Made by a program: the position numbers and the translations under genes
Shown here: piece by piece, positions 56,154 through 64,000 of the stretch
How positions within the stretch are numbered: position 1 is the stretch's first letter
Layout of the letters: every line of letters starts with the position of its first letter
The notes under the pieces: model-generated
What the model was told of the DNA's origin: nothing
What the model saw: only the letters and a program-made list of their open reading frames with translations
Database searches by the model: none
Assembly (NCBI GenBank): GCA_965207455.1
Contig: CBDBMJ010000001.1
Coordinates: 1,568,001-1,632,000 of the forward strand
Length of the DNA stretch: 64,000 nt
Reading direction: 5' to 3'
Origin: Bdellovibrionota bacterium
Lineage (GTDB): Bacteria; Bdellovibrionota; UBA1018; CAIPTA01; JAALKR01

Positions 56154-57776
56154 TTACAAATCACAGGTTCTGCTATGAGTAACAATTCCTGGAGTGCCAC
56201 AAATTAAAGTAAGTTCATCATCCGGTGTAGTCCCGTAAAACATTCTGGAGGTTCTCCATCTGGGTACTTTACTTAAATCCCAGCCACTTATATTAAGCTG
56301 GGTGACCCTCATATAAGAAAAAATTTCACTAAAGTTCAGCACATTGGCAGTATTAAAATTAGATAGATCAAGGGAAGATATCTTATAATTACCAGAAAAC
56401 ATATTACGCATATTATGCACTTTAGAAGTGTTGAAATTGGATACATCAAGGGAGGTTAAACCCGAAGCGTTAGCAAACATATACCTCATATCCCTCACAT
56501 TAGAGGTATCAAAATTAGATACATCAAGAGAAAGTAAACTATTGTTATCAGTAAACATTTTGTACATAGTTGTGACATTAGAGGTATCAAAACCAGATAC
56601 ATCGAGTGTAGTTAGTTCCCTCAAATCATAAAACATTCCATGCATCTTTGTAACGCTAGAGGTATCAAAACTAGATATATTTAGTGTAGTTAAATTACGA
56701 GCATGCGAAAACATGTACTGCATATTTGTAACACTAGAGGTATCAAAACTAGATAAATTAAGAGAAGTTAAATTAAAGGTATTAGCAAACATCCCACTCA
56801 TGTCTGTAACAGTAGAGGTATCAAAATTAGATAGATCAAGAGAAAGTAAACTATTGTTATCAGTAAACATGCTGTACATAGTTGTGACATTAGAGGTATC
56901 AAAACCAGATACATCGAGTGTAGTTAGTTCTCTCAAATCATGAAACATTCCATGCATCTTTGTAACGCTAGAGGTATCAAAACTAGATATATTTAGTGCA
57001 GTTAAATTACGAGCATGCGAAAACATGTACTGCATATTTGTAACACTAGAGGTATCAAAACTAGATAAATCAAGAGAAGTTAATTTTAAAGTAGTCGAAA
57101 ACATCCTGTGCATATCTGTAACACTAGAGGTATCAAAACTAGATAAATCAAGAGAAGTTAATTTTAAAGTAGTCGAAAACATCCTGTGCATATCTGTAAC
57201 ACTAGAGGTATCTAGACCAGACAAATCAACAAAGGTTAAGTCTCGAGCTCTATAAAACATCTCAGCCATACTCTTTACTTTAGACGTGTCTGTATTGCCT
57301 GCGGTAAATGAAGTAAGTTTTGTGTATTTACTAAAAGCACGCCTAAAGCTTAACCAGCCAACCTTTCCAAGTTGCCTTACTTCAATCAATTTATTATTAG
57401 GTTCGTAAGAACGCCATGCTTCCAAGCGTCCTTTAATTTTAATCACATAATCTCCAGCTATCTCATAAGTATGAGTTGAATCTTCATCATTGTAAGAATT
57501 GATTTTTTGAGGACGTGAACCATCACCCCAATCAACAGTAAAGTTATAGTTATAACCTTTTGGTATGTCCATGGTTATACTAGGATCTTCATCGCGAATA
57601 CGCCAAACAGATATAAAGGGAACACTCTCATCTATTGTTGGATTTGTTGATAGTGTACTAGTGGCAAGAGTGGATGGTGCTAAAGCAGCAAACGCATGCA
57701 TTGACCCTCCCGCAGCAACGGTTAGCACTAAACTCCATAATAATAGAGCTTTATTTTTTATTATTTTATTTTTCAT
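56154..57776 (-). CDS. PKD-like + DUF285/BspA-type LRR surface protein, copy 3
   Basis: Same architecture, with recent internal duplications. Confidence 0.9.
   Translation of the reverse strand: MKNKIIKNKALLLWSLVLTVAAGGSMHAFAALAPSTLATSTLSTNPTIDESVPFISVWRIRDEDPSITMDIPKGYNYNFTVDWGDGSRPQKINSYNDEDSTHTYEIAGDYVIKIKGRLEAWRSYEPNNKLIEVRQLGKVGWLSFRRAFSKYTKLTSFTAGNTDTSKVKSMAEMFYRARDLTFVDLSGLDTSSVTDMHRMFSTTLKLTSLDLSSFDTSSVTDMHRMFSTTLKLTSLDLSSFDTSSVTNMQYMFSHARNLTALNISSFDTSSVTKMHGMFHDLRELTTLDVSGFDTSNVTTMYSMFTDNNSLLSLDLSNFDTSTVTDMSGMFANTFNLTSLNLSSFDTSSVTNMQYMFSHARNLTTLNISSFDTSSVTKMHGMFYDLRELTTLDVSGFDTSNVTTMYKMFTDNNSLLSLDVSNFDTSNVRDMRYMFANASGLTSLDVSNFNTSKVHNMRNMFSGNYKISSLDLSNFNTANVLNFSEIFSYMRVTQLNISGWDLSKVPRWRTSRMFYGTTPDDELTLICGTPGIVTHSRTCDL
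56523..57210. repeat. Recent intragenic tandem duplications (312-bp and 78-bp units)
   Basis: ATCAAGAGAAAGTAAACTATTG at 56523 and 56835 (offset 312 = 4 LRRs); near-exact 78-bp tandem at ~57040-57210 (DMHRMFSTTLKLTSLDLSSFDTSSVT twice). Confidence 0.9.
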
Positions 57777-58022
57777 AATTTGTTCTCCTCTTTATTTTAT
57801 CGTTTAAGCAAATTAATTTTTTAAATGTCTTTTCAAAAGTAAAGGTTAAGATGGAATAAGATAAAAAGTCAATGCAGTAAATTAGTTTATTTAGTTTGGT
57901 CGCAAAACACATAACTAAAAATGATTGTGTCATAGAATTTTTATTTGCATTTGTCTAAAGGCATTATGAGTAACGTGTCAGAATATATCAATTTTAGTTT
58001 CGCCCCCCACAGTATTTAAAAA

Positions 58023-58130
58023 TACTTTATTAGTGCCACGACTATATTAAGTGCCAATGAATCTATCACCTTACCTATAAAAGAAGGTTACAACTGCAAT
58101 GGGGAAAATGGAACCAGCAGTACCGTCAGG
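58023..58130 (+). pseudogene. Eroded remnant of a PKD-LRR gene N-terminus
   Basis: Hand translation YFISATTILSANESITLPIKEGYNCNGENGTSSTV resembles PFISVW..TLPLKEGYNYNFTVDWGDG of paralogs; shares TGCCAATGAATCyATCACC with 59730. Confidence 0.65.
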
Positions 58131-58446
58131 AATCCATCTTGTTATTTATCACTGGAACATATAGTCAGTCAGAAATTGGATGAATCACCAAGCTTTATTT
58201 TTCAATAAAAAAAATACAGCGACGCATGAGGCATAAAGTTCAAAAGAATTTGAACTGTTGCTTGCAGTCAATAATTTCCTTTTCGATAACAAGTTGATAA
58301 CGGTGATGCGTAAGGAAAAAATTGTTTTATTAATTCTTGACATGATTATTAAGTGTCGGCAAACTTTTTAAAGAAAGGTTACAAACTTTAATGAATGATA
58401 TGGAAATAAATCAGGAGGAAAAATGATACAAAAAGAAAAACAATTT

Positions 58447-59517
58447 ATGAAAAATAAAATAATAAAAAATAAAACTCTATTATTATGGAGCTTAATCTTG
58501 ACCGCCGTGGTGCTTGTGCCAATGCATGCTTTTGCTGTTTTGATGCCGTCCACTCTTGCTACCAACATATCACCAACAGATCCAACGGTGGATGAGAACG
58601 CTCCTTTTGTATTTACTTGGCGTGCTCACCGCAATGCTACTCTTCCCCTAAAGGAAGGCTATAATTATAACTTTACTGTTGATTGGGGTGATGGATCTGA
58701 ACCCCAAAAGGTCACTTCTTATGACGATCCTGCAAAACACCACGAGTATAAATCACGCGACTCTTACAAAGTTACAATTAAAGGAACCTTCGAGGCTATG
58801 GGGAATTGGTCAACTTTCGGTAAGGGAGAACTTCTTAAAGTAGAAAATCTCGGAAAGGTTGGCTGGGTGACTCTTGAAAGTGCCTTTTCTAATTGTTGGA
58901 TTGGTAACCTTACCTCGTTCACCTCCGGCAATACGGATATTTCTAAAGTAAAGAGCATGGCTCATATGTTTCATTGTGCTGCACACTTAATCTCTGTTGA
59001 TCTATCTGACCTAGATACCTCTAGTGTTACAGATATGAGTGAGATGTTTTCGCATACTCCCAAATTAACTTCTCTTGATTTATCTAGTTTTGATACCTCT
59101 AATGTTACAAATATGAAGAGCATGTTTTATAAGGCAAAGAACTTAGCTGCACTTGATGTATCTAGCTTTGATACCTCTAATGTCACAACTATGAGCTATA
59201 TGTTTGCTAAGACCTTTAATCTAACCTCTCTTGACCTATCTCACTTTGATACTTCTAATGTTACAAATATGTACAATATGTTTGCTAAGACTTTTAGTTT
59301 AACCTCTCTTGACCTATCTCACTTTGATACCTCTAATGTTATAGAAATGAGTGGGATGTTTGCTTTTTCTAGCTTGGTTTTGCTTGATGTCACGGGATGG
59401 AATACTCAAAATGTAAAAAGTCGGTATGTTTTTGCTAGAATGGCAGAAGATCTAATTGTGTACTGTGAATCAACAAGATCAGAATTCTTTGGCAGGCCTT
59501 GCTACCACAAATCTTAA
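58447..59517 (+). CDS. PKD-like + DUF285/BspA-type LRR surface protein, copy 4
   Basis: MKNKIIKNK leader, YNFTVDWGDGS, LRRs, divergent two-Cys C-cap (VYCES...GRPC). Confidence 0.9.
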   Translation: MKNKIIKNKTLLLWSLILTAVVLVPMHAFAVLMPSTLATNISPTDPTVDENAPFVFTWRAHRNATLPLKEGYNYNFTVDWGDGSEPQKVTSYDDPAKHHEYKSRDSYKVTIKGTFEAMGNWSTFGKGELLKVENLGKVGWVTLESAFSNCWIGNLTSFTSGNTDISKVKSMAHMFHCAAHLISVDLSDLDTSSVTDMSEMFSHTPKLTSLDLSSFDTSNVTNMKSMFYKAKNLAALDVSSFDTSNVTTMSYMFAKTFNLTSLDLSHFDTSNVTNMYNMFAKTFSLTSLDLSHFDTSNVIEMSGMFAFSSLVLLDVTGWNTQNVKSRYVFARMAEDLIVYCESTRSEFFGRPCYHKS

Positions 59518-59604
59518 ACTAGCCTTGCATATATACTATTAAGCACGAGCAAACTTTCGAAAGAATATTATAAATTTAATAAATAATACAGAAAGAAAAA
59601 CAAT

Positions 59605-59796
59605 ATGAATTGCCGCTTAGCTTTGGCTATTTGCTTATCCGTTGGGCTTTTCTTTACAACAGCACTGAAGGCTGCGCCTGATCGATCAAATGAAAAGACC
59701 CCTTTCGTATCAACATGGAAAACAATTACTGCCAATGAATCCATCACCCTGTCTTTAGTACAAGGCTTCAAGGTATTAGGAATAAAATCATTATAG
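59605..59796 (+). pseudogene. Truncated PKD-LRR paralog (signal peptide and first strands only)
   Basis: Signal peptide, then EKTPFVSTWKTITANESITLSLVQGF; similarity ends before TVDWGDG and the ORF stops. Confidence 0.7.
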
Positions 59797-59804
59797 TGAA
59801 AGGT

Positions 59805-60272
59805 TTAGTTGTTCTCGGCTAGAGAAGCAGAAACAATAAAAGCAGCTTTAATATTTTCCTTACGTGCGTCTACAGTCAGTGAGATATCCAGTTCGTATTT
59901 CGAGTTATGAACTCCACCCTTAGCTCTACAAATGAATACCTTGGAGTCACGAGTGATACACCTATGAGTCACATAGCTTCTTACTGAAGATCCGTTGTCG
60001 TGAAAAGATATTTCTAATTCAAGTCCATTATCGCTATCACTGAATTTAGCTACAACTTGAAGACCTCTCGCACTAGCAGTGCAACGCAATCTAAAATACT
60101 CTCCGTCAATAGGAGTCTGTCTACTACACTTACTTGTTTCGCTATCAACCTCCACCATATTACCAAGATCTGGGTATGTGGCTTGACCAGGGTGTTGTTC
60201 TACTCCGCAGCCATATAGCATGCTAGCGCTAATAAGGGCGGTTATAATTATATTTTTTCTTGTACGCATCAT
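59805..60272 (-). CDS. Predicted lipoprotein, orphan
   Basis: Basic N-terminus, hydrophobic core, lipobox LYGC; four further Cys. Confidence 0.75.
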   Translation of the reverse strand: MMRTRKNIIITALISASMLYGCGVEQHPGQATYPDLGNMVEVDSETSKCSRQTPIDGEYFRLRCTASARGLQVVAKFSDSDNGLELEISFHDNGSSVRSYVTHRCITRDSKVFICRAKGGVHNSKYELDISLTVDARKENIKAAFIVSASLAENN

Positions 60273-60501
60273 TGTTTTATACTCCGTATTATTCGTGTTT
60301 ATTCTGCTACATACTGACCATAGATCAATACTGCTGTCAATAAAAAATTACCCATGTGTAGGAGCACAGCTAAAACCTCATAATGCGACATATTGTTTTC
60401 TTTGTTTTAATGGTTCTTGCATTTACTTTTTATCCATCATAGGCTTCAGCTTGAAAGAGACAACATGAATTAAAAATCAACTTAAAAGAGGAAAACAAAT
60501 T

Positions 60502-61335
60502 ATGAAAAATAAAACTCTATTATTATGGAGCCGAACACTAACCATTGCTGCTTTGTTGGCACCTGCTGTCCTCTTCACTGGCTGCGTAGACTCATCAGAG
60601 GGGCCAACAGTAGATGAGACGGCACCTTTTATCTCTGTTTGGCATATTAAAAGTGAAAACCTTACGGTTACCCTTCCTCTAAAAAAGTATTATAACTACA
60701 ATTTCACTGTTGATTGGGGTGATGGTTCATTTCCTACAGCAGTCCTCTCTTACCATGATTTAAATAAAACGCACACTTATGAGAGAGCCGGGAAGTATGT
60801 AGTTACAATTGCTGGACTTTTAGAAACATGGGGTGTTGACAGGTTTTATGGCGAAAATCCTACTGAGTTCATTGAAGTAACGCAACTTGGAAAAATGGGC
60901 TGGTTAAGTTTGAGAAGAGCATTCCCTGGGAATTCCATTAAAAAATTCAATGCTGGTAAAACAGATACCTCTGGAGTAACAAGTATGAGCCGTATGTTTG
61001 AAGGTGCCGAGAATATAACCTCCCTTGATTTATCTGCTTTTAACACCTCTAGCCTAATAGATATGAGTGAAATGTTTTCTGAAATGTCGAGCGTAACTGT
61101 TCTGGATTTATCCCATTTTGATACCTCTAATGTAAAGTATGTTGAAAATATTTTCAGGGATATGCCTAGTCTCATTCAGTTGAATATAATGGGCTGGGAT
61201 TTAAGAGCACTGAGTGAAGCACATAGTCCTCTAATGTTTGTAGGTACTACAACGGAAGATAGTAAACTCAAGTTAATTTGCAATCCAAATATTATTGCAG
61301 CCTCTATTTATGGAAGAACCTGTGACCGGCAATAA
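60502..61335 (+). CDS. PKD-like + short LRR surface lipoprotein, copy 5
   Basis: Lipobox LFTGC, YNFTVDWGDGS, 3-4 LRRs, LICNP...GRTCD. Confidence 0.88.
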   Translation: MKNKTLLLWSRTLTIAALLAPAVLFTGCVDSSEGPTVDETAPFISVWHIKSENLTVTLPLKKYYNYNFTVDWGDGSFPTAVLSYHDLNKTHTYERAGKYVVTIAGLLETWGVDRFYGENPTEFIEVTQLGKMGWLSLRRAFPGNSIKKFNAGKTDTSGVTSMSRMFEGAENITSLDLSAFNTSSLIDMSEMFSEMSSVTVLDLSHFDTSNVKYVENIFRDMPSLIQLNIMGWDLRALSEAHSPLMFVGTTTEDSKLKLICNPNIIAASIYGRTCDRQ

Positions 61336-61359
61336 AAAATTATTATTTCATTAAGAGAG

Positions 61360-62823
61360 ATGGTAAAAAAATCACCCCGCTGGCTCTATAAAATTCTATT
61401 ACTATGGGGCTTGCTAACTATTACTGTTGGGCTAATATACTTTTTTGCTCCCACTGCTATGAACATGTTGTGGAGAAACTCGACAATAGATGAAAAAGCA
61501 CCCTTTATATCTGTTTGGCAGATCAGCCGTAAAAATCCCAGTGTTACGCTTCCCATAAAAAATCTGAGTGGTGATATCGATTTAAAGGGGCATAGCTATA
61601 ATTTCACCGTTGATTGGGGGGATGGTTCAGAACCAAAAAAAATTACTTCTTATAATGATACGGATAAAACCCATGTTTATAAGAAACCTGGAAAGTATAT
61701 AATTACAATTAGGGGAGATTTAGGAATTTGGTACAACGGTCATAGAGCAGATGAGAGCGACCATGATTTTGTAGGCTTTCCGCGCTCTATCTCTGGCGAA
61801 GACCGGCTCATTGAAGTAAAACAACTAGGAAAAGTTGGCTGGAGGAGTTTGGCAACAGCTTTTTTTGAACATAAAAACCTTAGAAAATTTACCCTTGGTC
61901 ATACAGATACCTCTAAAGTGCTGGATATGAGCAGTATGTTCTCTGATGCCACAGGCTTAACTTCGCTTGACTTATCCGGCTTGGATACCTCTAGTGCGCT
62001 ACTTATGATAGAAATGTTTAATGAAGCTTCCAACCTAAACTCCCTTAATCTTTCTAATTTTGATACCTCTAATGTAATAAATATGAGCGGTATGTTTCGT
62101 TATGCTTCGAGTTTAACTTCCCTTGACCTATCTCATTTTGATACCTCTAAAGTGCAAAGTATGGGAGAGATGTTTCATCGTACTGCAAGCTTAAAATCCT
62201 TAGATATATCTAACTTTAATACCTCTAAGGTGAGCAGTATGGTGGAGATGTTTCACGGTGCTTCAAGTTTAACTTCCCTTGATCTATCTCATTTTGATAC
62301 TTCGAATGTAGTGCGTATGGGATCTATGTTTACTGACACCTCAAGTTTAACTTCCCTTGATCTATCTCATTTTAATACTTCTAAAGTGCGCAATATGAGT
62401 AGTATGTTTGCTGTTACTTCGAGCTTAACTTCTTTGGATGTCTCTAATTTTGACACCTCTACTGTGGAATCTATGGGCGGTATGTTTTTTAAGACTTCAA
62501 GTTTAACCTCCTTGAATCTATCTAGTTTTAATACTTCTAATGTGAGGAGCATGACCCACATGTTTTCTGATGCTTCGAGTTTAACTTCCCTAGATTTGTC
62601 TAATTTTAATACCTCTAATGTAGAAAATGCTGAAGATATCTTCAAAAACATGACCCGTCTCAAGCAACTGGATATAAGTGGCTGGAATTTAAAATCACTG
62701 AATAAAAAAAATAGTTTCCGAATGTTTTCAGGCACTACACCAAAAGATAGTAAGCTTGCCTTGACTTGCGATCCAAAGGTTATTATTGCTTCTGTTCATG
62801 GCAGAACTTGTGACCTGAAATAA
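61360..62823 (+). CDS. PKD-like + DUF285/BspA-type LRR protein, copy 6 (N-terminal membrane anchor or signal)
   Basis: Hydrophobic N-terminus, YNFTVDWGDGS, about 10 LRRs, LTCDP...GRTCDLK. Confidence 0.9.
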   Translation: MVKKSPRWLYKILLLWGLLTITVGLIYFFAPTAMNMLWRNSTIDEKAPFISVWQISRKNPSVTLPIKNLSGDIDLKGHSYNFTVDWGDGSEPKKITSYNDTDKTHVYKKPGKYIITIRGDLGIWYNGHRADESDHDFVGFPRSISGEDRLIEVKQLGKVGWRSLATAFFEHKNLRKFTLGHTDTSKVLDMSSMFSDATGLTSLDLSGLDTSSALLMIEMFNEASNLNSLNLSNFDTSNVINMSGMFRYASSLTSLDLSHFDTSKVQSMGEMFHRTASLKSLDISNFNTSKVSSMVEMFHGASSLTSLDLSHFDTSNVVRMGSMFTDTSSLTSLDLSHFNTSKVRNMSSMFAVTSSLTSLDVSNFDTSTVESMGGMFFKTSSLTSLNLSSFNTSNVRSMTHMFSDASSLTSLDLSNFNTSNVENAEDIFKNMTRLKQLDISGWNLKSLNKKNSFRMFSGTTPKDSKLALTCDPKVIIASVHGRTCDLK

Positions 62824-62895
62824 AAAATCCCATCTCACCCCTCCCCAATTATATCAATCAAGAAATTCTTGAGGGGGGTTGAGATAGGTCAGCCC

Positions 62896-63216
62896 TTAGG
62901 CGGCCTGAAAATATTTTTTCAACTCTAATAGAGTTCTTTTGTCCATATCTATGAAATGATAGCCAACACCTTTGTGCTGACCGAATCTTTTTTCATGCAC
63001 TATCTTTGCGGTAACATTTTCTAAATGTACGCCGTTAGGTAGTGAGAAAGAGAGATACGACACATACTCTTGCTCCTGAGACAGCTGCTTGTTTTTCGCC
63101 AAAAATCCATCTTTGGATAAGTTGCTAGCCTCTAGGGTAAAAGTATAGTCTCCATTTCTTTCAGATACGAACAACCCTATTGTTCTAATCCGGTCTGATT
63201 TTCTACGTTCTTTCAT
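62896..63216 (-). CDS. PilZ-domain protein
   Basis: ERRKSDR (RxxxR), NLSKDG (D/NxSxxG), GVGYHF. Confidence 0.82.
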   Translation of the reverse strand: MKERRKSDRIRTIGLFVSERNGDYTFTLEASNLSKDGFLAKNKQLSQEQEYVSYLSFSLPNGVHLENVTAKIVHEKRFGQHKGVGYHFIDMDKRTLLELKKYFQAA

Positions 63217-63291
63217 AGTAACTCCAACTCTTCTCTAGCTACATCACTTCAGTTCTACCTGCGCTAGAGTCGCAGACATTGCTCCATTAGA

Positions 63292-63307
63292 TGCAAGAAT
63301 GCTGCCA
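63292..63307 (-). promoter_or_regulatory. Probable sigma54 promoter for the PilZ gene
   Basis: Minus strand TGGCAGC-ATTC-TTGCA, GG and GC correctly spaced, ~75 nt upstream of ATG 63216. Confidence 0.6.
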
Positions 63308-63462
63308 ACATTCCGGTTTTGGGGAATTTTTTATTATTCTCTAGTGGAATTAAGCACTTAACGATCCCCTGGAATAATCCTTCGGCTTCCGTGGGGGGAA
63401 TTGTAGGGATTTTTTTTGCCTATATGTTCGACACTCCGTTATCTTTCATACACAATAGGGTT

Positions 63463-64000
63463 ATGCCGCATGGTCAACAAGTCCAGTTCCATATTCCCAG
63501 AATGGGTATGGTTATTCGTACTATTCTAATTGTGAGTGTGGTGATGTTCCTACTTCAGCTTATTGGAGAGCAGTTTTTTCATTTTCCTTTGAGTGCTTTT
63601 TTGGGATTTGTGCCTGCGCGTTTGGCTTCGGGGTGGATTTGGCAGCCTTTTACGTATGCGTTTCTTCATGGAGGAATATGGCATCTGGTGTTTAATTTAT
63701 TTATTCTTTGGAGTGTGGGTTCTGAGTTGGAGCAGATTTGGAGTCGGAGGTTTTTTCTACTTTATTTTTTTGGTTGTGCTGTGGGTGCGGCTCTCACATA
63801 CGGTTTATTTGCGTCGATGGGTGTTGGGGGTGGGCCTTTCGTTCCTGTGGTGGGTTCCTCTGGAGCTGTCTACGGTTTTTTATTGGCCTACGGTATTTTA
63901 TTTGGAGAGCGCGTGCTTTACTTTTTTATGATCTTTCCCATTAAGGCGAAGTATTTTGTGATGATTTTGGGTGGGATTGTATTGGTTTCCACTGTTTTTT
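63463..64000 (+). CDS. Rhomboid-family intramembrane serine protease (partial, runs off the right edge)
   Basis: Not in ORF track. Hand translation MPHGQQ...WIWQPFTYAFLHGGIWHLVFN...GSELE...VVGSSGAVYG (GxSG catalytic Ser). Alternative in-frame ATG at 63424. Confidence 0.9.
   Translation, partial: MPHGQQVQFHIPRMGMVIRTILIVSVVMFLLQLIGEQFFHFPLSAFLGFVPARLASGWIWQPFTYAFLHGGIWHLVFNLFILWSVGSELEQIWSRRFFLLYFFGCAVGAALTYGLFASMGVGGGPFVPVVGSSGAVYGFLLAYGILFGERVLYFFMIFPIKAKYFVMILGGIVLVSTVF

Noticed and set aside
52900..62700. Regular 78-bp periodic repeats resembling a CRISPR array
   Set aside because: They are in-frame 26-codon LRR units inside long ORFs with degenerate third positions; no cas genes in the window.
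53317..62735. Antisense ORFs with 'TLEVSKLD' repeats (e.g. 53677-54081, 56713-56943, 62367-62735)
   Set aside because: Shadow frames of the LRR genes.
52824..62823. Diversity-generating retroelement acting on the LRR genes
   Set aside because: No reverse transcriptase or Avd gene in the window, and no non-coding template repeat differing only at adenines was seen.
63362..63418. GU-rich hairpin followed by T8 upstream of the rhomboid gene
   Set aside because: Pairing is imperfect and matches no RNA family I recognise; not enough evidence to call.
63593..63944. ORF-track entries 63593-63931 and 63738-63944
   Set aside because: Alternative frames overlapping the rhomboid protease ORF, which runs off the window edge.

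Overview
Bacterial chromosomal window. The gene content (deltaproteobacterial-type PrkA, many secreted orphans, sigma54 promoters, PilZ, Lys/Ala-rich histone-like protein) suggests a Bdellovibrionota/Oligoflexia-like organism; this is inference. A housekeeping backbone (dsbD, HD dNTPase, PduO-type adenosyltransferase, prkA, RluA family, tRNA-His, prc, acyl-CoA ligase, smpB, rsmA, tsaD, prs-pth-ychF, greA, recG, grxD/BolA, queG, split transketolase, mce, rhomboid) is interrupted by three accessory blocks that look AT-richer by eye. (1) 9.9-13.6 kb, after tRNA-His: secreted orphans, one with a perfect sigma54 promoter. (2) 30.2-43.5 kb: a surface-glycan locus with Wzm/Wzt, two GT2s and an EptA-like transferase, plus an unusual module. 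That module has a YidC/Oxa1 domain lacking the conserved Arg fused to an LtaS/sulfatase-like transferase, a coupled TagF-like phosphotransferase with a signal-peptide-YLDPGS-TM leader, a cytidylyltransferase fused to an apparently dead PEP mutase, and a phosphonoacetaldehyde-reductase-like ADH, with no phosphonopyruvate decarboxylase. This is the best candidate for an undescribed system: phosphonate salvage, activation and trans-membrane transfer to the cell surface. (3) 52.8-62.8 kb: a divergent, mosaic, expanding and decaying array of PKD + DUF285/BspA-type LRR surface-protein genes (six long copies, two remnants). No CRISPR, integrase, transposase or reverse transcriptase was seen. All family calls come from reading motifs by eye; no searches were run.
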